A stretch of 64,000 nt of DNA from Octopus vulgaris (taxonomy: Eukaryota): the NCBI GenBank assembly GCA_951406725.2, contig OX597816.1, positions 44,640,001-44,704,000 of the forward strand, read 5' to 3'. This document shows, in pieces, positions 54,851 through 64,000 of this stretch (position 1 is the stretch's first letter; every line of letters begins with the position of its first letter). Under the pieces are notes generated by a model. It ran no database searches. It had not been told where the DNA came from and worked only from the letters and a program-made list of their open reading frames with translations. The translations under genes were made by a program, and so were the position numbers.

Positions 54851-56079
54851 TAGTTTTTGCTGTTTTGATTCATTGGGCCAGCAACACCCATTCCAATACT
54901 TCCCCTAAAGTTTTTTTTGTTCAGGTATCAAGACTCATTTTCATTGTTGATATCTGTTATTTACCATAAGCTAGCGAGTACACGGTGGGAAGATCGGATC
55001 GCCTCTTTTATCGCTTACAGTTTAGGGGCAAAACATCTTAACAAACTTTAGTAATTGTTTGTTTTCGAAAACAAATTTTTAAATGGCAACGTCTTTTACA
55101 AACCATTGAGGCGTAGTGGGAGAGAAGTAGGAGAGAAACTGTTGAAAAAAGTGGTTCATCTCTTCAGATTACACAGTCTAAAAGACCTACACGACCACTA
55201 TGGCAAACGACCCAGCACTATCAACAGAAAAAAAAAATCTTGTCAAATTTAGAGAACAGCATCAACCGATCAAATTCCACCACAACAGGTCATGGAGTCA
55301 ACCACAAATCTTCAACAAGAGCAGCAACAGTAATAACAAAAGAAAAGCCAAAATCGTGAGTGTTACTATCACAACCACTCTACCTTCGCATCACCCATAA
55401 AAGCATAACCAACCATAACAATCAACTATACTACAAACACAACCACTCTCTTGTGCAGGCATTGCTTTTCTCCCTACCACAGATTTCTCTGACGGCGACG
55501 ACTACCAGAATGGATACTTGTGTAAACGAAGAGGAAAGATAGAAAATATGAAACGTTGCATCAGACTAAATCATCCAAAACGAACATCCTTGTCGTGTAG
55601 ATACAGTGATCGACGAACAATCACTTTCCGACACTCCTCAAACCAACACAGCCACAAGCACTGTTAACACTAAAAACACCGTCATCATTCGAAAACACAA
55701 TCTAGTCTACACCATCAAGAAGAACAGCACCTGCACATCGAACAACCAAAACGTATCATCAAGTACACGAGCACAGAGACCAAAAGCAAAGACTTGACAT
55801 ATTTACATCGACACAGATTTTACTCACAATGACTACATCATACGAGACTCACGATGAGTAGATCACATGACTACATAACATCCCAATGCAAATTAAAGTT
55901 ATTGAATCTAAGAAACATATTACAAGCTGGAAACGAAATATCCTAATGAAATAGAAGATAACCGGTGGACTATTGATGAAAGACAGTCTAAAACCTACTT
56001 GCGGAAACACCCACCTTTAGCCGAAAGGACGGAAATTCTGTCCTTTCACAGAAATAATGCAAGTAGTCCTTTTCACTTT

Positions 56080-56340
56080 CCTCCCCCGTACTTGTCAATG
56101 CTGCCTTGAAAGGGAGTTAAGGCTTCCTGTTCAGCGATCGCTGGTCGCTAAATATAGATGTAGTGGCTATAAGCGAGACAATGATTTCCGAGGCACGATT
56201 CTTTGCTCCCAGCCTCCGCAGCTTCGAGTTGTATACATCTCTAGGTCTGACGGGAATAGATAGCGGAGTAGCTGAGCTACTTCGGAAAGGACTGCATCAT
56301 CCGATACGGATCATCTTCCTGGACGCATCATTAGCCATAA
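56080..56340 (+). mobile_element. Tx1/L1-type APE endonuclease N-terminal fragment
   Basis: GFLFSDRWSLNIDVVAISET...SGVAELLRKGL...RIIFLD; paralogous to the fragment starting at 62045. Confidence 0.65.
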
Positions 56341-56439
56341 CATGCCTATTCGTCCACTTAGCTGGTATTAATCTTATGGTAGGTGTGTAATACTCAAATG
56401 CCAACTGAATTTCTTCTCCTTTCCTCTACTTCTTATTCC

Positions 56440-56850
56440 TTTATTGCCCACAAGGGGCTAAACATAGAGGGGACAAACAAGGACAGATAAAGCGATTAAG
56501 TCGATTACATCGACCCCAGTGCGTAACTGGAACTTAATTTATCGACTCCGTAACGATGAAAGGCAAAGTCGACCTCGGCGGAATCTGAACTCAGAACATA
56601 ACGGCAGACGAAATACCTATTTCTTTACTACCCACAAGGGGCTAAACACAGAGAGGACAAACAAGGACAGACAAACGGATTAAGTCGATTATATCGACCC
56701 CAGTGCGTAACTGGTACTTATTTAATCGTCCCCGAAAGGATGAAAGGCAAAGTCGACCACGGTGGAATTTGAACTCAGAACGTAGCGGCAGACGAAATAC
56801 TGCTAAGCATTTCGCCCGGCGTGCTAACATTTCTGCCAGCTCGCCACCTT
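56440..56850 (-). mobile_element. SINE family C, tandem-domain form
   Basis: Same structure as 52815-53222. Confidence 0.88.
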
Positions 56851-57689
56851 TTCTCTCCTCTACTTCTGCTTCATACCCCTGGCCACACCCACAGAGGTCT
56901 CGCCTTTGTTTCACTTAGGCTAAGGGCTGTTTTCATAACCAATTTCTGAGTATGTGATATCCTTCCCTTTCTTTGGATAAGCAGGAATATGACAGTTTTC
57001 TTTTCCCATCCCAACAAATCCCGCTGGCAAAGCGGCATACCCCTCTTTCATTTACTTTTTAACATTGTTTCTTGTTTTCGAGTATTTTTATTAAACCCAA
57101 ATCATTGTAGTCACTAGGATGTTGTCGCAAATTATCATTGTTCTGCAGTTGTTTATGGTAATTTTGCAGCCGATGTTATTATGAGCTTTGCTATCAATGG
57201 TAATGTTATTCATTTTGCAATTGTCATTATTTTCTGTAATGTCAAAAATGTGTTAATGTCACTTTTGACATTGTTTAAATCGTTTCCTTATTCTTTTTGG
57301 GGTTTTTTTTCTTCAAAATCTCCAAATTCATTTTTATTTTCGGTGAAGTTGGGTGGGAATATCTTTCACGCTTCTCGAAAGGAAGCCTACCACCACCAAT
57401 ATTGGAGTCGCCTACTGCTAAAGCTACTACAAATGCAATCATGTTTACAAACAAATTTTGCAAATATCTGACGCTAAAAAACAGAGTTGAAATAAAACCA
57501 ATTCAGTTACCCTTAAAAGAGAAGAAAATTAAATTTTAAAATCTCATCTGCTTCTTCAAACAGTCAACACACACACATACATACACACACACACAAACTG
57601 AAACCAAAAAATACACTTCAGACAGGAATGAAATGTTTGAAACCCCTAACTGAGAGAAATTTGCAGACATCTCTTAATAGCTTCATGGC

Positions 57690-57845
<156 letters not shown>

Positions 57846-57879
57846 TAAAACGAACCAACTCAATCAAGTATAGCATTGA

Positions 57880-58540
57880 TCAGCAGTATCAGACTATGTA
57901 AAAATTCATCTGAGACAATTAGATTTATAAGTGGGCGTTCAAAAGCAGATCATAAAGAGTACAATAAACGCCGTAACAAAGTGGTAGTCCGAATGCACTG
58001 GAATTTGTGCAAGAAGTATGGGCTAGAATGTTCTAAAAAGTGGTATGAGCACCAACCTTTGCCAGTAGCAGAGAATGATCAGAGAATGATCACATGGTAT
58101 ACGCCAATGTACACAAAACAAAATGCAACCTAACCGATGAGATATCACTTCTTCTACGGAAGGAGCCCAAAGAATGGACTTTCATCGACGTAGCTATACC
58201 TACAGACCAAAATAGTGTGAAGATAGACGACAAGAACGCCAGAGAGTACTAAGACGTAGCATACAGTCTCAAACACATAGTATCTCAAACGTGACTGTGG
58301 TACCTATTGCGATCGGTGCGTTCGGGGCCATCTGAAAGAGAGAAATAATCTGGCACTAAAAGCTGCAAATGCCAAATTCATAGGAATTATTCAGTTGGTA
58401 GCAATAATTGGAGCCGCTCATGTGTTGAGAAACATTTTGCGCAACTAAGCTACGGGATGGAGCAGAGTCGTGACATAGCTAAATCAGGTTAAGTTTAGTC
58501 ACTTAATGAATAATAATAATTATAATAACTATTATTATTA
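57880..58540 (+). mobile_element. R4/Dong-clade LINE 3' end (zinc knuckle plus restriction-like endonuclease), (TAA)n tail
   Basis: RLCK..ETI.FISG...Y..R.NKV...HWNLCKKY...WYEHQP..V.EN...FIDVAIPTDQN...VVPIAIGAFG. Confidence 0.85.
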
Positions 58541-58837
58541 TTGGCGGTGATCTTGGAAAAACTGTTAGCACGCCGGAAAAAACTCTTAGCGGCATTTCGT
58601 CCGTCTTTACGTTGTTAGGTCTATAAAATAAGTACCAGTTGAGTACTGGGATCGATGAAATCGACTTTACTTTTACCTAAAAGTTTCAGGCCTTGTACCT
58701 TTAGAAGATAGAGGTCGGTTTTTGCCTTCCGTCCTTTTGAGATCTATGAAAGAAATTCCAGTTGAGCTCTGAGAATGATACAATCAACTAACTCCCACCA
58801 CCAAAATTTAGAAGGGATTGTTATTTCTATTGTTGTT

Positions 58838-59945
58838 TTAGTCCAGTACTTGCCATGAAGGGGCTTTTCTTGCCATCGTTTTATCATGGTCCGTTGTTGT
58901 TCTAGTTTTAGTTTTGATTTCATTTGCTTTATAGCTTTTGTTATGTTTTCTTCTTCTTTTTTTTCTTCTTCGTCTTCTTCTTCTTCTTCATATTTGTTAG
59001 GTGGTATGATTTCTTGTTTGTATTTGTCAGCTTCCTTAAATACCGAGAACAATTTTTTGTTTTGCTCGTGTTTTGCCGCTATTTGTATCAGTTTTCCTTG
59101 CTTCTGAAGTAGGTATTTTCGCAGTCCTAAGGAGGTTATTTTATAGTAGTTTTCCAGCTTTATAAGGCCTCTACCACTTTCTATACGTTGTATATATAGC
59201 CTTTCTATGTCAGATTATTGGTGATGCATTCTCGATCCTGTCATTATTTTTCTTGTTTTTCTATCTATTTTGGTTAGTTCATTTAGCGTCCAGATAAGGA
59301 TATTGTAGCTGTAACTTATAACTGGGACGGCTAAAGCGTTAATACCTATTATCTTGTTTTTAGCATTGAGCTCTGTTTTTAGTATTGATCTAACTCGTCT
59401 ATAGTATTCCTTCTTTATTTTCTCTTTCATTTGTGTGTGTTGTGTCTTATCTAATTCATGGATTCCTAAATGTTTGTAAGTTTGGCTTTGGTCTAATTCT
59501 CTTATTTCATTTGCTTTATCTAGTGTGATGTTGCTACTCTTAACTAGTTTTCCTCTTTTCAGGGTTACTTTGGCGCATTTTTCTAATCCAAATTTCATAT
59601 CTATTTCTTTGGTGAATCCATGAACTGTCTTTAGTAGTGTTTCCAGCTGTTTGTCATTTGTAGCGTATAGTTTTAGGTCATCCATATATAAAAGGTAACT
59701 GATCGTTTTGCCGTAACATTTATATCCGCATCCAGTTCTATTTAGCATATCAGATAGAGGTGACAGTGCCATCAGAAAAGGAGTGGAGAGAGCGTGTCTC
59801 CCTGGAATATTCCTCTTCTAATGGGGATGGCTTTGGTTTTCACGAGTCCCTCATTTGTTTGGAGCTGTAGCACTGCTTGCCATTTATTCATAATGTCCTA
59901 TGTATTTTATAATTGTTGGTGCTACTTTGTTTATGGCTAGTGCTT
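58838..59945 (-). mobile_element. R4/Dong-clade LINE RT fragment
   Basis: IRRGIFQGDTLSPLL...LLYMDDLKLYA...FGLEKCAK...YKHLGI...LNAKNKIIGINALAVPVISYS...DRKTRKIMT...WQEKPLHGKY (includes ORF 59215-59772). Confidence 0.92.
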
Positions 59946-59994
59946 CCTTTGTTAACGTCCCCCGGTGTTCATTCTGTTAAACGTGCCCCGGTGT

Positions 59995-60017
59995 TCCTTC
60001 TTCTTCTTCTTCTTCTG

Positions 60018-60106
<89 letters not shown>

Positions 60107-60119
60107 CATTATTATTATT

Positions 60120-60205
<86 letters not shown>
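59995..60205. repeat. (CTT)n(ATT)n microsatellite
   Basis: Seen directly. Confidence 0.97.
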
Positions 60206-61613
60206 ATATCGCTTCTGTCGGACGTGCATCATTCCAGCTCCCATAGTTTTGTTAAATAATGTTGAAATAATTTGTTTACTGTTGTGCATCTTGTGAATCC
60301 TTTTGTTTACTGCTGTGAATCTTTGTTGAAGCCTCGACCCCTACTTCAATGGGTGACGAGGGCTTCCGCCAAATTCTGCAAGAAAAAAACGCAATTGTCA
60401 ATATTTGTGTGATTTTGCTTGTTTTTTTTCTTTTTTGGTTTGTTTGTTTTGTGTTTGTTTTCTTTCTTTTCTTTCGTCTGTTTGCAATTATGACGACGAC
60501 AACTCCCACCAACAAATCCATCGAGGAGGTTGCGTGAAAGTGTTTTCATACCACGAGAAAAACAACAATAAGAAAAGCAAAAATAACAGCAAATATTATA
60601 ACGTTTTTAACACCAGCAGCAGCAGCAGCAACTACAATAACAATAGTAGCAACAATAGCCCTCAACGAAATATCGCCAGTTACTGATCGTATGATCAGTA
60701 CAAGGCAGTCCGTGTGCTTGATGGTTCCCTTCCAGATAGGAAATCTCACTCCGATGTACTCCATATTTCTCATAAGGGAAAAGTGATTAAGCTTCTATAC
60801 ACAATGCTTAGGGGTAAGGACCTGTCGCATTAAGGTAGAGAGAGATTCCTCATGTTGGACATCTTGTGGTTGTTGAACTGTGTTTCTCTTCGAAGGGCAG
60901 CGACAGCTCTTCGAATTGAAACGAATAGGGAGGCAGTTTAGGTCTGGAACACCAATGAAAATTTCCCTCAAGGTCCAGCCTGGTGAGGTAGAATATATCC
61001 CAGATCTTATTCACCTTCCCAACGAAGTGCAGATACGTGTTGCAGTTTAGGGTAGAAGGCCAAGGTGCAGAAGGCCATATCAGAGCTTTCCATCTTCCGC
61101 AAAGTCTGGAAAGAAGATCCACTGCACGACTATTACCGACACCACAGCCTCAACAACAGTAGAGTACAGCATAAGTACAGCAGTAGCAACGAAGAGAACA
61201 GGATCAAGATCAGGAAAGAAGCAACACTGATAACAACAGAAGCGACAGCAAGACCAACATCAACAACACCCACAACAACAGAACCATAACCAGCCGCCTA
61301 GAAAAAGCCCCAAACTAACTTCGTTCTCTATTACTTTCTCCCTCCATCTTCCCCTCTCTCACTTTCTCTCTCTCTATTACCTTTTCTATCTATCTATCCT
61401 TCCTCCTCTCTCTCTCTCTCTCTTATTCCCTCTTTTTGAAATGCAGACACAATTATAGACAAATACGAAAACATACTTTTGTTCTCTTGCATCAGATCCC
61501 TAAGATGTGGAAGTATCATTTTGCGATGAGGAGAAACAACAAAGTAACGCAAAACACACGCTTGCATGCGCATGCAAACTCACAAGCACAGCTTCAATAA
61601 AACATGCCCACTT

Positions 61614-61736
61614 TGTGGTGATAAGGATCACTTATAAAAGATGTTGTGGTGATAAGGATCACTTATCAAAAATGCTGTGGTGATAAGGATCACTTATAAA
61701 AAAATGTTGTGGTGATAAGGATCACTTATAAAAAGC
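61614..61736. repeat. ~31-bp tandem repeat x4 (TGTGGTGATAAGGATCACTTATAAAA..)
   Basis: Four copies seen directly. Confidence 0.95.
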
Positions 61737-62044
61737 TGATGTCTTTCATCGCACAAAAGGAGAACATTGAAACAGAGGGAAAGGTCTTCACGTCCAGTAC
61801 TGTCAAAGAACCAAAAATCTTTTCATTAATAAGGATGAACTTGGAGACATACAAACTATTGAGGGAGGTTTTCTCAATAACGTGAGAATCCAGAAGGCAA
61901 GTTACCAACAGTAAGCTCCAATAAGAGTTCCAAAAGGAACCCCAGAATTTCAGGGACACCGAGCTAACCAGTCTTCGGGACCAAGAATTGGGTAAGTATC
62001 CCGTTTTTCGTCTTTTTCCTCTCTCTTCCTTCTCTTTCTACCAG

Positions 62045-62760
62045 TATGATCACTCCAAGAGTGTTGTCTATAAATACATGTGAGCAGGAATTACCCGCGA
62101 AGCAAGGTCACTTACTAAATGATACTCAAGGGGCTAGTTTGGATGTGATACTCATTGGCGAAACCAGAATTTCCGACATAAGTCCCACAGTGCCCATTGC
62201 TGCTAATCTTTGAGATCTTCGCATCCCTTACTTAATCCGATATAGGGGCAGAGTGGCTATGCTGCTCCGATAAGATCCGGACCCCAAAATTTCGGGCCTT
62301 GTGCCTAGAGTAGAAAAGGATAGAGGTGAAATAAAGGAGTCGATATAGATCTAATCGACTGGCCCCCTCCCCCAAAATTTCGGGCCATGTGCCTAGAGTA
62401 GAAAAGGATGAGATCCGGGCCTTGAGGTACGGTAGATCTTCTTGGACTCAGGAAGTAAGTTAGTGGACCTAAGCGGGAAGAGGAGTGAGGGAGTTGCCTC
62501 TACACAAGTCAGCGTGCATGCCCCGACAGGAATGGGGAGATGAGATTTCTTTTGGTGTTTGAAGGTTTTCCTGGGAAATCCTGTTCTTTAGTGCTAGTTG
62601 GATTCGGAACGCAATCTCGGATGCATATGCTCGGCCGATTCCAACTGGGTGACACGTAGACTGGATTTTCCGAATACACCAATGTGTAAATGAACAAACA
62701 GTGTCGTGAAATCCGGATCGCATGTAGATAAAGTATTCTATAGGCCAGTCGTTAAGGATA
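62045..62760 (+). mobile_element. Decayed Tx1/L1-type LINE ORF2 endonuclease domain, interrupted by SINE-tail fragments at ~62281-62411
   Basis: RVLSINTC...KQGHLLND...LDVILIGETRI...GRVAMLLR...IFLDSG...VHAPTG..FF..L. The insert is flanked by AGATCCGG repeats. Confidence 0.75.
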
Positions 62761-63539
62761 GCATATTTTATCCACACTACAAAGTAGTCGGCTTCGCAGA
62801 CCACAAGCGTGTAATCTATACTGTCTGTACTGCAAAGAAAGAGACGAAATTAGAGAAGTAACTGATAGGAGCAATCGTCAACAACTGCTGGTGATTAGCT
62901 TTGAAAAAGGCTATTAGATGTAAATTCATATGGTTTTGTAAGAAAAGAGCGATAGAGAGTTCTAGAGTAGACTAGTCAGTTACAGGCCTACAATGAAAAG
63001 GTATTGCGACTGATGTGTTAGTGATAAGATTGACCGTTGGCTGATTCTTCAACGCTAAGCACGAACGTTGCGTTTTCAGAGTTAGGGCAGGTACTCTAAA
63101 GCATGAAGGGACGAAAGCTGTTCGATGGCCCCGGGTTGCGGAAGCCCAATGTAGTAACAAAATCCACAATTTGGTCTTTGACAGATCGCGAAGGGGTGAT
63201 TGTATCTGTTTAAGGTGACCATTATCCGACCTAACCTCATGCTAGTATCTCCAACCCATAATGTGGAAGAACTTTAGAAAACATTTACCAGCATTTTCCC
63301 ATTCCATTGACAACATTATATAACAAAATTTAAATCATCTGATACCCTCTCGAGTAACAGTCGCCAATATTTCGATTACTTCTTATATGATGGTCGTTTC
63401 ATGCTTTTGGCAAATACTGTGCTTAGCTTCACTCCAATCTCTCTACATTTTTTCCTACCTTTCCAGATTTTCACCTATTTTTCGACTTTCAGTTGTTCCA
63501 ACTAAACACCGTCAAATAGAGCTAATTATTAATGCTAGT

Positions 63540-63740
63540 TGACAATCGCCATTTCGAACAACGAATTAAAAATCACGTGATCAGAACGGTTTACGTCATA
63601 AAATTTCGTTTTATTTTGTGGGAGCGAATGTGTATTCGCGCCTACCTGTGTGTGACAGTGTACGCGTTTGTATGTGTGTATATTTGAGTATTTTTGCATG
63701 TGTGTATCTTTATATTTGTGCGCTACGTTACGACTTTTTT
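63540..63740 (+). promoter_or_regulatory. Promoter-like CpG-containing island
   Basis: CGCCATTT (YY1-like, 63547), TCACGTGA (E-box/CLEAR, 63573) and TTACGTCA (ATF/CRE-like, 63591) within 55 bp of non-repetitive DNA. Confidence 0.4.
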
Positions 63741-64000
63741 TCTGGTGGTTTTACTCAATTTTATTATTATTATTCTTTTTAGTGGGGGTCTTTTTCGCTT
63801 TTCGTCTTCTGCCTATTTGATCGTTTCATTTTTCCTTCCATTTTTCACTTTACAAAGACAAAAAAAAATAAATGAATAAATAAATAAATAACATTTCCTT
63901 AATTCCACCAGTATCAGTCAACAAAATTGTTCTTGGCATCAACTGGAATCGCTTAAAATTTTCAGGCTGATGAAGAAAGAAGATGTAAAGTAAAAATGAA

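Noticed and set aside
60700-61130. Minus-strand coding-like stretch
   Set aside because: Probably a decayed LINE ORF1, but no diagnostic motif could be identified.
61614-61736. CRISPR-like palindromic repeats
   Set aside because: Units are contiguous with no unique spacers, the context is eukaryotic, and no cas genes are present.

Overview
AT-rich, repeat-dominated eukaryotic DNA, most consistent with an octopus (coleoid cephalopod) intergenic or intronic region. That assignment rests on three abundant tRNA-head SINE families and very dense TA/CA/TATG/AAT microsatellites. No intact protein-coding gene is supported: almost all long ORFs in the track are microsatellite artefacts or decayed transposon frames. 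Recognisable decayed elements are CR1/L2-type, RTE, R4/Dong and Tx1/L1-type LINE fragments, four Tc1/mariner-superfamily relics, MITEs and Penelope-like (GIY-YIG) fragments. The most unusual structures are (i) a direct-plus-inverted pLTR-like repeat with an apparently intact type I hammerhead ribozyme (48292-48352), plus several decayed minimal hammerheads, and (ii) a ~2.3 kb foldback whose long inverted arms enclose a Penelope/Naiad-like endonuclease fragment. Also notable are further inverted duplications and palindromes, SINEs sharing one head with three different tails, an old segmental duplication preserving an exon-like 79-nt block, a possible CARD-like pseudogene with a 27-nt microexon, and promoter-like motif clusters near 41.4-42.2 kb and 63.55 kb. 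All family assignments come from motif recognition by eye, not database searches.
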